Shown here in pieces: positions 50,859 to 61,449 of a stretch of 64,000 nucleotides of DNA. Every line of letters begins with the position of its first letter. Position 1 is the first letter of the stretch. The DNA lies in contig CANDIF010000001.1 in assembly GCA_947384775.1 (NCBI GenBank), positions 121,976-185,975 of the forward strand. The letters run 5' to 3'. This DNA comes from an uncultured Clostridium sp. GTDB lineage: Bacteria; Bacillota; Clostridia; TANB77; CAG-508. The translations under genes were made by a program, and so were the position numbers. The notes below the pieces were generated by a model that saw only the letters and a program-made list of their open reading frames with translations, was not told where the DNA came from and made no database searches.

Positions 50859-51727
50859 ATTTTTATCTCCCTTTTTGAATTATATGATGTACATATATAT
50901 GTTTGGTGTTTAAATTTTAATTTATTATATGCATATTTTGCTGTTTCTTTATTTTTAAATAAACCAAATACACATGAACCAGAACCTGTTAATAAACTAC
51001 TTATTGCTCCATACCTAATTAATTCATCTTTTATCTCTTCAATCATTTCTTTTTTATCCATGACTTCTTCAAATATATTATATAAATTTTCTGAAAGCAA
51101 TTCTATATTATTGTTTTCAAGTGATTTTATAATGTTCTCTGAATTTTCTTTCTGTAAAACTTCTCCCTTTTCGTCTATTTTTTTAAACATTTCTTTTGTA
51201 CTACATGATATCTGTGGCTTTATAATTACTATATAGTACTTGAAATTAGTATTTATTGGAGTAATTATTTCACCTATTCCTTCTGCAAGTAATGCTCTAT
51301 TATAAAAGCATGGTACTACATCTGCACCTAGGCTTTTTCCTATATTTTCTCTTTCTTCTTTGCTCATATTTAAGGAAAATAATTTATTTATACATAATAT
51401 AAAGCTAGCACAATCTGTACTTCCTCCTGCCATTCCTGCTTCCATAGGAATTCTCTTGTTTAAGTTAACTTTTACCCCTGTAATTTGAGGATATATTTCT
51501 TTTAGTTTTACATATGCTTTATAAATTATATTATCTTTACTATCTAAATTTCCTATGTTAGTTTGAATTTCACATTCATTACTTTCATCTTTTTCTACAT
51601 ATATTTCATCATATAAATTTATTTTTTGAAATACTGATTTCAAATTGTGATAATTATCTGGTCGTTTTCCAAGTATTTCTAAGTTCAAATTTATCTTTGC
51701 TCTTGCTTTCATATATATTTTATCCAT
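50855..51727 (-). CDS. ispE: 4-diphosphocytidyl-2-C-methyl-D-erythritol kinase
   Basis: 290 aa; GHMP kinase with KINLNLEI N-terminus and PMEAGMAGGSTD. Confidence 0.9.
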   Translation of the reverse strand: MDKIYMKARAKINLNLEILGKRPDNYHNLKSVFQKINLYDEIYVEKDESNECEIQTNIGNLDSKDNIIYKAYVKLKEIYPQITGVKVNLNKRIPMEAGMAGGSTDCASFILCINKLFSLNMSKEERENIGKSLGADVVPCFYNRALLAEGIGEIITPINTNFKYYIVIIKPQISCSTKEMFKKIDEKGEVLQKENSENIIKSLENNNIELLSENLYNIFEEVMDKKEMIEEIKDELIRYGAISSLLTGSGSCVFGLFKNKETAKYAYNKLKFKHQTYICTSYNSKREIKI

Positions 51728-51740
51728 ATAAAACTCCTTT

Positions 51741-52205
51741 TTATTCTACTGTAATGCAGGCAAATACGCTTATTCCATTTCCTTTTCCAAATTCAGTTAA
51801 ACCCTCTCCAGTTGTTGCAGTTATTCCTACATTATCTTCTTTTACATTTAGTATCCTTGCTATGTTATTTCTCATTTCTGAAATTTTTGGAGTTATTTTA
51901 GGTTTTAAGCATTCTATAGATATTGAAATATGTAGAATTTTCTCTTTCAAATATTTAAGAGCTTCTTTTAAATATTGCTCACTATCTGTTATTTCACTCT
52001 TGCACATATCGTCTGCAATTTTTCCAAGTATGTTTTTACAGGTAATCCCTGAAACTGCATTTGTTATTGCGTGTAGAACAACATCTGCATCACTGTTTCC
52101 TAGTAATGAATATGGTTCTTCAAATTCAATCCCACCAATCATTAGCGGTTTTTCTTTGTCTTCATAATCTATCCTATGACTATCTTGACCAATTGCTACT
52201 TTCAT
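51741..52205 (-). CDS. ispF: 2-C-methyl-D-erythritol 2,4-cyclodiphosphate synthase
   Basis: 154 aa; IGQDSHR, SDADVVLHA motifs. Confidence 0.9.
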   Translation of the reverse strand: MKVAIGQDSHRIDYEDKEKPLMIGGIEFEEPYSLLGNSDADVVLHAITNAVSGITCKNILGKIADDMCKSEITDSEQYLKEALKYLKEKILHISISIECLKPKITPKISEMRNNIARILNVKEDNVGITATTGEGLTEFGKGNGISVFACITVE

Positions 52206-52278
52206 AAAATTCTCCCATTCTTTTATTTTGCTTTATTCTATCATAATGATGAACATTTATCAAATTTCTAACCATAAA

Positions 52279-52308
52279 AAAACGTATAGAATTCATTGAC
52301 TCTATACG
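52279..52308. terminator. Hairpin terminator
   Basis: aacgtataga-attcattgac-tctatacgtt. Confidence 0.45.
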
Positions 52309-52325
52309 TTCTTTAAGTATTTCAA

Positions 52326-52889
52326 TTAGAATAAGCTTGTATAAATTACTTTTCCTTTATATACTATAAATGTTAGTGTTGATGAATCATCTAATTCATC
52401 ATCATCTTTATCTTTTGGTTTTGCTAATATAGAAATTTTAGCTTTTACTTTATATAAATCTTTTCCTAATTTTTCAGTATCTTTAATTTTTTCTACTTTC
52501 ATTTTATAAGATTTATAATTTTCTTTTATTTCTTCAAATTGATCTTTGAACTCGTCTTTTGCTTCTTTTTTCATGTCTTTTATGTCATCTTTATCAACAT
52601 CTTTATAGGCTTCTTTGAAATCATCATAGTCATCTTTATCAAAATCGTCCATATATTTATAGCTCCAAGCCTCTGAACCTGCAAAATCTATACAATCAAC
52701 TAATTTTGATGCATTTCCTTTGTCCATAGCTTTTACAAATTTCTTTACTGCTTTTTTAGGTCCTCCCCCAAATAATGCTACTAATAATACGATTACTAGG
52801 ATAACTGCTACTGCAATTCCTATAAATGGAAGATATTTTTTCCAATTAAAAGATTTTTTCTCTTTAAATTCTTCTTCCACGCTTATCAC
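52326..52889 (-). CDS. Membrane-anchored hypothetical protein, Asp/Lys-rich
   Basis: 187 aa; one N-terminal TM. Confidence 0.5.
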   Translation of the reverse strand: MISVEEEFKEKKSFNWKKYLPFIGIAVAVILVIVLLVALFGGGPKKAVKKFVKAMDKGNASKLVDCIDFAGSEAWSYKYMDDFDKDDYDDFKEAYKDVDKDDIKDMKKEAKDEFKDQFEEIKENYKSYKMKVEKIKDTEKLGKDLYKVKAKISILAKPKDKDDDELDDSSTLTFIVYKGKVIYTSLF

Positions 52890-53040
52890 CCCTTCTTTTA
52901 TTTTTTATTACTTCTATACTATATCACAAGTTTTTTGTTTTAGCAAACTTTTTTAGATATTTTATCAAAATTTGTCATTTTTTTTTACTTTTATAGTATA
53001 TAGTTACATTATATTATTCAAAAATTTATTATTTGTTTAC

Positions 53041-54070
53041 TCACTTTATATCATTAATCAGTTGTTCTACGTTTTCATTTTTAGTTGCCCAGCTAGTACA
53101 AATTCTAATTACACTATGGTCTTCATCAACTTTTTTCCAAAAGCATAATTCATATTTCTTCCTTAATTCATCAATTATATTATTGGGTAGTATAGGAAAT
53201 TGTTGATTTGTATATGAATCATACATGAACTTATATCCTTTACTGGTTAGTGCATCTTTTATTTTCATTGCCATGTCTATTGCATGTTTCGATATATTGA
53301 AATACAAATTATTACTAAAAAGCTCACAGAATTGTATTCCTAATATTCGTCCTTTTGCTAACATTCCACCTTTTTGTTTCATATTATATCTAAAATCCTG
53401 TTTAAATTTATTATTTGTAATTACAACTGCCTCTCCAAATAATGCTCCAATTTTAGTTCCTCCTATATAGAACACATCGCAGTTTTCTGCTATATCTGAC
53501 ATATACATATCATTTTGAGGAGACATCATTCCATATCCTAGTCTTGCTCCATCTATGTATAATGGAATATCATATTCTTTGCAAACGCCATACAGTTCTT
53601 CTAATTCTTCCTTTCTATATAACAGTCCATTTTCTGTAGGTTGCGATATATATACCATCCCTGGTTGTACTATATGTTCTTTTTTTTCGTCATTTATATA
53701 GTTATCACATGTTTCCTTTATCTGCTTTGCTGTTATCTTCCCATTAGGAGCATTAATTGCTAATACTTTATGTCCTGTATTTTCTATTGCACCTGTTTCA
53801 TGTACATTAATATGTCCGATCATCTGCAGATATAATACCTTGGTATGGTTTTAATATTGAGCTTATTACAATCGTATTAGTTTGTGTACCTCCTACTAAA
53901 AATTCAACAGATGCTTTGGGACATTCACAAATTTTTCTTATTTTTGCTCTTGCTTCATCGCAATATATATCTGTTCCATACCCTGGCGTTTGTTCCATAT
54001 TTGTTTCTTTTAGTACATTTATTATTTCTTCACATGCACCTTCTGTATAGTCACAATCAAATCTTATCAT
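53041..54070 (-). pseudogene. ltaE: Low-specificity L-threonine aldolase (beta-eliminating lyase family) split into two overlapping ORFs by a +1 frameshift near 53818
   Basis: 87-aa N-terminal ORF (…GGTQTNTIVISSILKPYQGIISADDRTY*) and 260-aa C-terminal ORF (MIGHINVHETGAIE…). Removing one base in gatgatCggacat gives the continuous …ISADDGHINVHE…. Confidence 0.75.
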
Positions 54071-54171
54071 TTTTTCTCCTTTGCTTATTTCAAATTTTTA
54101 AAAATTATATCACAAAAAATGTAAAATAGTACATATTTTTTTAAAACATATATTGCTAATAATTTATCTAT

Positions 54172-55626
54172 ATGTTAAAATCTATTTATAAATTTTTTAC
54201 AGGAGATAAAATTATGGGATTTTTTGATTTTTTAAGAAGAAAGAAGGTTCCTGCATTACCAGAAGGAACACAAGAACGCACTGGAGCAAGTGTACAACGT
54301 TCATCAACAATAGCAGATTTGAGGGTTGACCCTTCTGCTCTACAGCCAATAATTACAGAAGATAATTTATTTTTAGCCCCTAATGCCCCAACTCAAATAT
54401 TTACTTCTACAAGAGATGGTGTTTTAACTTATAGTTTTTGTAGAAATAATGTTTCTGGCGAAAGGATTGAACTTGCAACATTTAAAGGTGACGATTTAAA
54501 ACAAAAAGGTATTGATTATTTTAGAAATTTAGTTCAAGCGATGGATGCTGCTATCAATGCTCCATTCGACGCTGAACCTCAAAATTTGAATGGTTCAAAA
54601 ATATCTACAAAAGCAAGATTAGAAGCTTTAGCTAAAAATCATCCAGGTTTAATATTAAACCCTAGTATTTTTACTGTTGTCGATTATATAAAATCTGATT
54701 TAATGAAATTGAAAGATACTTTAGTAACTGAAAATGGTATTAATTATAAGCAACTAAATTATGCTATTCCAAAAACTATTGATATTAGTGGTTGTTCTGA
54801 AGTCGAACTTCGTTTTTTAGGTAGTATTCTGCAAAGTAGATTAGCAACATTAGATGGTGTTAAAGATGTTGATTCAGCATATGAAAAAAGAGAATCTATT
54901 GCTGAATTTATGAAATCTAGAGAAGATTCTGACCCTCTTGCTAAAGTTCTTTCATTGTTGGGAGATGATATTCAAGAAGCTGAACTTCCAGTAATATTAA
55001 AATATGCACGTGCATTGGAATCTCAACCAAATGAAGATGGTCTTCTTTACTCTGCATATTTAAAATTAGAAGAAACTAGAGTAATAGAGCAAATCCAGAA
55101 AGAAATTGAAAAACATCAAAAATCTTTTAATATTGGAGATGTAGATTACGCCTCTGCTCAAGAACAAATTAATTACTTAGAGTCTTTAAAAACTAAACCT
55201 TATCCAAATGAAAACAGTCAAACTTCTATTGACCATTTTGGAGTTATTGATTTTATGATAAGAACTATACAAGGAATTCACTTGGAAGATTACATTTCAA
55301 TTGGTATGAAACATGACGTAGCATTAAAATCATATTTAAAGCAATGCCCTATAGAACATCAAGAAGAAGCTTTACAATATACTGGAGCAAGACTTAGTTC
55401 TTTAGGACAAGTAACTAATATTCCTGATGAAAATAGGAAATCAATCTATCCAACGCTTAGAAAATTTATTGAAACTACAGATTGCAAAGTTCCTGAAGCT
55501 GAGCCTAGTAAAGAATTTCTGCTTGTTATGGCTCAAACTGAAAAAGATTATATTTTAAAAAATTATGCTTCAATTCTTGAAGCATACAAAAAAATTACTC
55601 AAAACTTATCACAGGCAAAAGATTAA
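54172..55626 (+). CDS. Hypothetical soluble protein, no recognisable domain; start possibly at Met15 (MGFFDFL)
   Basis: 484 aa, own terminator, mildly elevated GC at the 5' end, no TM. Confidence 0.5.
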   Translation: MLKSIYKFFTGDKIMGFFDFLRRKKVPALPEGTQERTGASVQRSSTIADLRVDPSALQPIITEDNLFLAPNAPTQIFTSTRDGVLTYSFCRNNVSGERIELATFKGDDLKQKGIDYFRNLVQAMDAAINAPFDAEPQNLNGSKISTKARLEALAKNHPGLILNPSIFTVVDYIKSDLMKLKDTLVTENGINYKQLNYAIPKTIDISGCSEVELRFLGSILQSRLATLDGVKDVDSAYEKRESIAEFMKSREDSDPLAKVLSLLGDDIQEAELPVILKYARALESQPNEDGLLYSAYLKLEETRVIEQIQKEIEKHQKSFNIGDVDYASAQEQINYLESLKTKPYPNENSQTSIDHFGVIDFMIRTIQGIHLEDYISIGMKHDVALKSYLKQCPIEHQEEALQYTGARLSSLGQVTNIPDENRKSIYPTLRKFIETTDCKVPEAEPSKEFLLVMAQTEKDYILKNYASILEAYKKITQNLSQAKD

Positions 55627-55633
55627 TTTTACA

Positions 55634-55668
55634 AAAGAGACACAACTTAAAATGTTGTGTCTCCTTTT
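55634..55668. terminator. Bidirectional hairpin terminator
   Basis: aaaagagacacaac-ttaaaat-gttgtgtctcctttt. Confidence 0.6.
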
Positions 55669-55678
55669 AATTTAATAT

Positions 55679-56047
55679 CTATTTTTTAGTTAATTCATAA
55701 CTTTGTTCAAGCAATTCTTTTACAATATTTTTATCAACGTTTTTGTCTATAATTATAGTATTCCAATGTTCTTTATTCATATGGTATGCTGGAATTATAT
55801 AACTATAAGTATTTCTTAGTATGTCTGAATAATCTGGATTTGTTTTAACATTAAGATACAATTCCCCTTTCACATTCATTAGTAATGCAAACCACTTATT
55901 ATTACTAGTATGCTTCATTACTGTTGAGAATGTGTCTTCTGGAAATGGATAATCTTCATATGTATTTGGTAATTCTAAACAATATTTTATAATTTCTTCT
56001 CTTTTCATATATTTTCTCCAGTATATATTTTTCTTATAATTTATCAT
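55679..56047 (-). CDS. MmcQ/YjbR family DNA-binding protein
   Basis: 122 aa; characteristic YjbR-like sequence pattern. Confidence 0.65.
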   Translation of the reverse strand: MINYKKNIYWRKYMKREEIIKYCLELPNTYEDYPFPEDTFSTVMKHTSNNKWFALLMNVKGELYLNVKTNPDYSDILRNTYSYIIPAYHMNKEHWNTIIIDKNVDKNIVKELLEQSYELTKK

Positions 56048-56073
56048 AAAATAATTTATTTTTCAATCTTATA

Positions 56074-57099
56074 CTATTTACAATTCTCCAAAATAAGCTT
56101 TTTATATTGTTCAACTAGTTCATATAAGCTATTAATAGATATATATTCATTTACCTCATGTGCAGTTACTGGACCTGCTCCTAATATTATACAGTTACTT
56201 TCTATAAAACTAGCTTCTGTAATAAAATTACAAGTTTTACTAGATATATTAGATTTATTAAAAAAAGCTGGAAGCTTATTTATTTGTGTAATATTTGCTA
56301 TATACCTTTTTTGTAAATATTCTATCTTTTCTTCTATTTTAATCTCTGCTTCTTTACCTATTGTCCTAAAATCTACTAAAACTTCGCAGAAATCTGGTAC
56401 TGAATTAATTTCTGTTCCTCCATTTATTTTCCCTACATTCATTGTTGTATATGGAATTTCAAAATTTAGATTTTGAATTTTCTGTATTTCATTCGTATAG
56501 AAATCATTTAGTTCATTTATAAATGATATTGCACTCATTATCGCATTTTTGCCTTTATCAGGTGTACTAGAATGAGTTTTTATTCCTGCAAATGAAATCT
56601 TATATTCTATTAGACCTTTGCTTCCTACAATAATTTCATTATTTGTCGGTTCTCCTATTATCATTCTTTTGGGGAATTTTTCTTCATATTCTATGATATC
56701 TTTAATTCCCGAAAATCCAATTTCTTCATCATAAGAAAAGTATAATTTTATTCCTTTATTTAAATTATCAAAATTGATCTGTGATATAGCTGCAATAATT
56801 GCTGCTATTCCTGCTTTCATATCACAGACACCTAATCCATATAGCTTATCTTCTACTTTAGTCAGTTTAAATTTTTCATATTTCCATTCAGATGTAGCTT
56901 CAACAGTATCTGTATGTCCTAAAAATCCTATTGATTGATTTTCTTTATTACTCATAATTAATATTTTGTCTTTTTGCTCTGTTTTAAATCCTATTGAATT
57001 TAATTCTTTTTCTATATAATCTAACATCTGTTTATTTTCCTTATCTTTTATTGTATTATATCTTACTAAATTTCCTAAAACTTCTTCAACATTTAACAT
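56074..57099 (-). CDS. M20 family metallopeptidase (ArgE/DapE-like deacylase)
   Basis: 341 aa; GHTDTV, metal-binding D, EE pair. Confidence 0.8.
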   Translation of the reverse strand: MLNVEEVLGNLVRYNTIKDKENKQMLDYIEKELNSIGFKTEQKDKILIMSNKENQSIGFLGHTDTVEATSEWKYEKFKLTKVEDKLYGLGVCDMKAGIAAIIAAISQINFDNLNKGIKLYFSYDEEIGFSGIKDIIEYEEKFPKRMIIGEPTNNEIIVGSKGLIEYKISFAGIKTHSSTPDKGKNAIMSAISFINELNDFYTNEIQKIQNLNFEIPYTTMNVGKINGGTEINSVPDFCEVLVDFRTIGKEAEIKIEEKIEYLQKRYIANITQINKLPAFFNKSNISSKTCNFITEASFIESNCIILGAGPVTAHEVNEYISINSLYELVEQYKKLILENCK

Positions 57100-57116
57100 T
57101 ATTTACCTCCACTAAT

Positions 57117-57692
57117 TTATCTTTCAATGCTTTTTTCTGGACTTACCAATTTTATTCCATTTTGTAAATCACTTCTATTTAAAGATTTTAAATCAATATC
57201 TAAAAATATATTTTGCATACTATCTACTCTACCATCCATTCTTTCCTTTTCTACAGATTGAAAAGAACCTGGTATTTGTTTAAATCCTACTTTTAAAGCA
57301 ATTCCATATGACATAGATCCATTTTCTAAAGTTCTCATATACATTCTTTCATATCCTAACGCTTTAGATTTCATAACTCCATACCACATAAGTTGATTAC
57401 CTACACCTTTTCTTCTATATTCGTCTAATACTGCAACATCTGCCAAATACATTACATTTTCATCTTGAAAGCTAACTGGTTGGTCAGCTTTTACACCTCT
57501 TTCTAGAGCAATTAAGCCAATACATTGGTCATTCCTGTATGCACCATAGATATATCCTTTTGCCTGATATTCCATAAAAATTTCTTCTAGTTCTTCTTCT
57601 GTATACTTTTCATTATATGGTGGTCCTGAAAATACTCCATATACTATTTTAAAATCTTCTAAACTTGTAAGTTCTTTAATTTCTTCTTTCAT
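57117..57692 (-). CDS. GNAT family N-acetyltransferase
   Basis: 191 aa; acetyl-CoA binding RRKGVGNQL. Confidence 0.75.
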   Translation of the reverse strand: MKEEIKELTSLEDFKIVYGVFSGPPYNEKYTEEELEEIFMEYQAKGYIYGAYRNDQCIGLIALERGVKADQPVSFQDENVMYLADVAVLDEYRRKGVGNQLMWYGVMKSKALGYERMYMRTLENGSMSYGIALKVGFKQIPGSFQSVEKERMDGRVDSMQNIFLDIDLKSLNRSDLQNGIKLVSPEKSIER

Positions 57693-57995
57693 ATTCTCCT
57701 CCTAATTATTAATTTTGAAAAATAAAATGCATATAAAAAAACTATATATAGAAATTTCCTACATATAGTTTCATATATTATCATATTTTTAAACTATTGT
57801 AGGCACAGTATTTTTAGCCTGTACCTACATACTTTTTTAAGTATTATAGTTACAAGCTCCTACAATGGTGATGTAATTCACTGTTTAAAAATATTCTTAA
57901 TTCCATTTTTTACCTCTCTTACTGTATGGTATTATAACAGATTAAATCTTATTTGTCAATTATGTGAACTTATCTTCTTAAAGTCTCTCTATTTT

Positions 57996-59141
57996 TTACA
58001 TTTTATTAGCTATTAACTCTCTTGTCTTTTCTCTAACTTCTTTATCAAAATTTAAAATCTCATCAACAGTCTCTAGTTTTCTTAATTCATACATTTTCAT
58101 TATTTTTTCTATTCCATTTGGTATCATTGTATATTTTATTTTTTTGTTCAAAAAGCTATCTACTAAAACTTCATTTGCTGCATTTAACACTACCTGATAT
58201 GAATGTCCCCATTTTATTGCTTCATATGCTAATTTTAAGCATTTGAATTTATTTAAATCTGGCTTTTCAAATTTTAAATCTACTACTTCAAATAAATCTA
58301 ACTTTTCAATGTTATTTTGTAAACGATTTGGATAGTTTAATGCATATGCTATAGGAATTTGCATTGACTTTGGTCCTATATTTGCCATTATTGTTCCATC
58401 TTTAAATTGAACCATTGAATGTACTAAACTTTTTCTGTGTACAACTACTTCAATTTGTTCTGGTTCTACATCAAATAGCCATTTAGCTTCTATTATTTCA
58501 AATCCCTTATTCATCATTGTTGAAGAATCTATTGTTACTTTTGGTCCCATACTCCATGTTGGATGATTTAATGCTTGTTCTACAGTAATATCATCTGTTA
58601 TTTCTTTATCAAAGAATGGTCCTCCTGAGGCAGTTAATAATATTTTATCGATTGGGTTATTTTCTTCTCCATTTAAACATTGCATAATTGCACTATGTTC
58701 ACTATCTACTGTAAGTAGCTTTGCACCATTTTCTTTAGCTGTTTTCATTATTAGTTCTCCACCTGCAACTAATACTTCTTTATTTGCTAATGCTACTGTT
58801 TTGCCATTCTTTATCATGTTATATGTTGGCTTAAGCCCAGCTATTCCAACCAATGCAGAAATTGAAATATCATAGTCGATTAATTTAGATATTTCTTCCA
58901 TTCCTTCTTCTCCATAAAATACATTTATATCTTTATACAATTCTTTTAATTTTTCACTGTTTTCTTTATCTATGATATAAACATTTTTTGGCTTGAACTC
59001 TTCTATTTGTTCTATTAGTTTCTTTATGTTTTTCCCTGCTACTAAGGTTACTACATTAAATAACTCCTTATTTTCTCTAATTACATTTAAAGTACTTTCT
59101 CCTATTGAACCTGTTGAGCCAAATATAGCTACATTTTTCAT
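57996..59141 (-). CDS. dxr: 1-deoxy-D-xylulose 5-phosphate reductoisomerase
   Basis: 381 aa; GSTGSIG NADPH motif and full Dxr core. Confidence 0.95.
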   Translation of the reverse strand: MKNVAIFGSTGSIGESTLNVIRENKELFNVVTLVAGKNIKKLIEQIEEFKPKNVYIIDKENSEKLKELYKDINVFYGEEGMEEISKLIDYDISISALVGIAGLKPTYNMIKNGKTVALANKEVLVAGGELIMKTAKENGAKLLTVDSEHSAIMQCLNGEENNPIDKILLTASGGPFFDKEITDDITVEQALNHPTWSMGPKVTIDSSTMMNKGFEIIEAKWLFDVEPEQIEVVVHRKSLVHSMVQFKDGTIMANIGPKSMQIPIAYALNYPNRLQNNIEKLDLFEVVDLKFEKPDLNKFKCLKLAYEAIKWGHSYQVVLNAANEVLVDSFLNKKIKYTMIPNGIEKIMKMYELRKLETVDEILNFDKEVREKTRELIANKM

Positions 59142-59227
59142 TTTATCACCCTTCCAACAATATGATTCATTCTATCATAAGATATATCAAAAATAAAGAG
59201 CTTATATTTCATTTTTCTAAAAAAGCA

Positions 59228-59252
59228 AAAGGGAGCGACACTTGTCGCTCCC
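59228..59252 (-). terminator. GC-rich hairpin terminator after zupT
   Basis: gggagcgac-actt-gtcgctccc followed on minus by TTTTGCTTTTTT. Confidence 0.55.
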
Positions 59253-59260
59253 CTTGCCTC

Positions 59261-59944
59261 TTATCCAAGAATACCGTTAAACACAGTGGTTATAATTGCT
59301 GTAATCAATACGATTTTTTTGTTTTTGCATTCTTTCAGCAATTCTATTGCAATCATAATAATTGCCGAAAGAGAAAATCCGATTAACAGTGGTTCAAATG
59401 CCTGAATGTTGCTTAATCTTCCAGCAGTAATGATTATCAAAATAGATGCAATAGGTTCCACTACGCCAGAAAATATGCCGAAAAGTGCTGCGTTCCTTTT
59501 TCCGTCTTTGCTAACCAGTGGCATTGATACCACTAATCCGTCTGGTATATTTTGCAGAGAAATGCTAAAAACTAACGAAAAGGTTGCCGGTAAAACATTT
59601 TTGTCTGCAAGAGAAATTCCGATTACCATCCCCTCTGGTACATTGTGAATGAGCATTGCCCAAAACAGTTTGTGCCGAACGCTAAGATTGTTTTTGTGTG
59701 CCAAAGAATTTAAACCGAGCATTAAAAAAAAGCCGATTGCTACGCCGATGAACAGTGTCCAGTGAATGCTTTCATATGCTTCAAAAAACAGATTTAACGC
59801 AATTGAACATAGTATCCCTGTGGCAGCAGCCACTAGCGTATCCTCTTGTTTCTCGAAGTTACTGCTCAAGTGGTCCACTGTTCCTAAGACCGCTCCAACA
59901 GTAGTTCCTACCAGTGGAATAAATGCTAAGATATATCTGAGCAT
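59261..59944 (-). CDS. zupT: ZIP family zinc transporter
   Basis: 227 aa; HNVPEGMVIGISLA and NIPDGL ZIP signature; ~40% GC. Confidence 0.85.
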   Translation of the reverse strand: MLRYILAFIPLVGTTVGAVLGTVDHLSSNFEKQEDTLVAAATGILCSIALNLFFEAYESIHWTLFIGVAIGFFLMLGLNSLAHKNNLSVRHKLFWAMLIHNVPEGMVIGISLADKNVLPATFSLVFSISLQNIPDGLVVSMPLVSKDGKRNAALFGIFSGVVEPIASILIIITAGRLSNIQAFEPLLIGFSLSAIIMIAIELLKECKNKKIVLITAIITTVFNGILG

Positions 59945-60048
59945 TGCTGTTGCCTCCTTATTTTCAATATTAAGATTGTTTTATATTATATCACTTACAT
60001 AAGCAAAATACAAGGAAATTACTTAAGTTATAGTAATTCCCTTAAAAT

Positions 60049-60891
60049 TTATTCTTCTATAAAATTTAATTTTTGTATTAGTTCTTCTCCTAATATTTCT
60101 CTTGCTAACTCTACAAGTTCTTCCCATAATAGTATTTGCCCTCTATGATGAGCATCTAATCCATATAAAACTTTTATGTTATATTGTGAAGCAATCTCCC
60201 AAAACTGCTTACAAGGATATTTTATTAGATTAAACCTTTGCTTCTTTTCTTCTGGAGATAAATGTTTTATTGTACCATTTATATAAAATAATCTTAAAAA
60301 TATTTTATTTAAATTTATTTCCAAAGGTATATTATATCTTTCTGCTGCTTTACAAATAATATGTGCTGTTGTACTTTCCGTTTCTCCAAAGCCTTCTCTA
60401 TCTAGCATATAAATATCTGGGTGTGCAATTATATCCGGTATTCCAAGTTTCATTGCTTCTTCAAGATATTTTCCATATCTTGTTATTTCTTCATCTGAAA
60501 AGCCTCTCTTTTCTCCAAATATTTTTAAGTTTTTATTATCATCATATATAAAATGTTGTCCTAATATAATTTTATCAGTTTCTTCTTTTAGCTCTTTTAA
60601 ATTTTCTTCCTCCCCTGGTAAGTATTCAACTTCATATCCCACTTTAATTTCAATTTTATCTTTATACTTTTCTGCTAATGTTCTTATTGTAGTCAAATAT
60701 TCTGTTCTTCCTTTATATGACATTCGCATATTTTGTCTTTTATCTATTTCATTTTTCTCAGGGCAATGATCTGTAAAAGCTATTTTTCTGAAACCCATTT
60801 TTATATAGTCTTTTATATATTCTTCATCTTGAAAGTCCAAATCTGCATGTTTACATCTATATGTATGTGAATGATAATTAAAGTCTTGCAT
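60049..60891 (-). CDS. PHP-domain histidinol-phosphatase family protein (HisJ-like)
   Basis: 280 aa; HSHTYRC ... FTDHCP PHP metal-binding motifs. Confidence 0.7.
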   Translation of the reverse strand: MQDFNYHSHTYRCKHADLDFQDEEYIKDYIKMGFRKIAFTDHCPEKNEIDKRQNMRMSYKGRTEYLTTIRTLAEKYKDKIEIKVGYEVEYLPGEEENLKELKEETDKIILGQHFIYDDNKNLKIFGEKRGFSDEEITRYGKYLEEAMKLGIPDIIAHPDIYMLDREGFGETESTTAHIICKAAERYNIPLEINLNKIFLRLFYINGTIKHLSPEEKKQRFNLIKYPCKQFWEIASQYNIKVLYGLDAHHRGQILLWEELVELAREILGEELIQKLNFIEE

Positions 60892-60893
60892 AT

Positions 60894-61436
60894 TTATTCT
60901 TCCTTCCTTAAGTCATATTTTCTTATATTATCTGCTGTTGCAAATCCATTATGTTCTTTTACTCTTTCTAAAAATACAATTCCATCTAAATGATCACATT
61001 CATGTTGTATATCTCTTGCTGTAAAATCTTTAGCTTCTCTAACTATTTTTTCTTCATGTTCATTATAATACGTTACTTCAATATGTGTATATCTTTCTAC
61101 TTTTCCTCTCAGGTCTGGCACACTTAGGCATCCTTCATATGTTATGTCAGTATTTTCTGATAATTTTCTCCATGTTGGATTTATCATTACTGTTGTTGGA
61201 ATATCCTCACAACCTTTATAACAACATTTTTCTTTATCAACTTGAATGATAACAATTCTTCTATTTATTCCTGCTTGTGGTGCTGCAATACCAAATCCTT
61301 CTGTAAAATTTAAGGTTTCTTTTAGATCTTCTATTTCTTCTAAGATTTCTGGAGTAATGTTATTTACATCTACTTCCTCACATTTAGTTCCCAATATTGG
61401 ATCTCCAACTGTTCTTATTTGTAATACTTTACTCAT
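60894..61436 (-). CDS. def: Peptide deformylase
   Basis: 180 aa; GIAAPQ, EGCLSVP, HECDHLDG motifs. Confidence 0.9.
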   Translation of the reverse strand: MSKVLQIRTVGDPILGTKCEEVDVNNITPEILEEIEDLKETLNFTEGFGIAAPQAGINRRIVIIQVDKEKCCYKGCEDIPTTVMINPTWRKLSENTDITYEGCLSVPDLRGKVERYTHIEVTYYNEHEEKIVREAKDFTARDIQHECDHLDGIVFLERVKEHNGFATADNIRKYDLRKEE

Positions 61437-61449
61437 ACAAAACCTCCTT

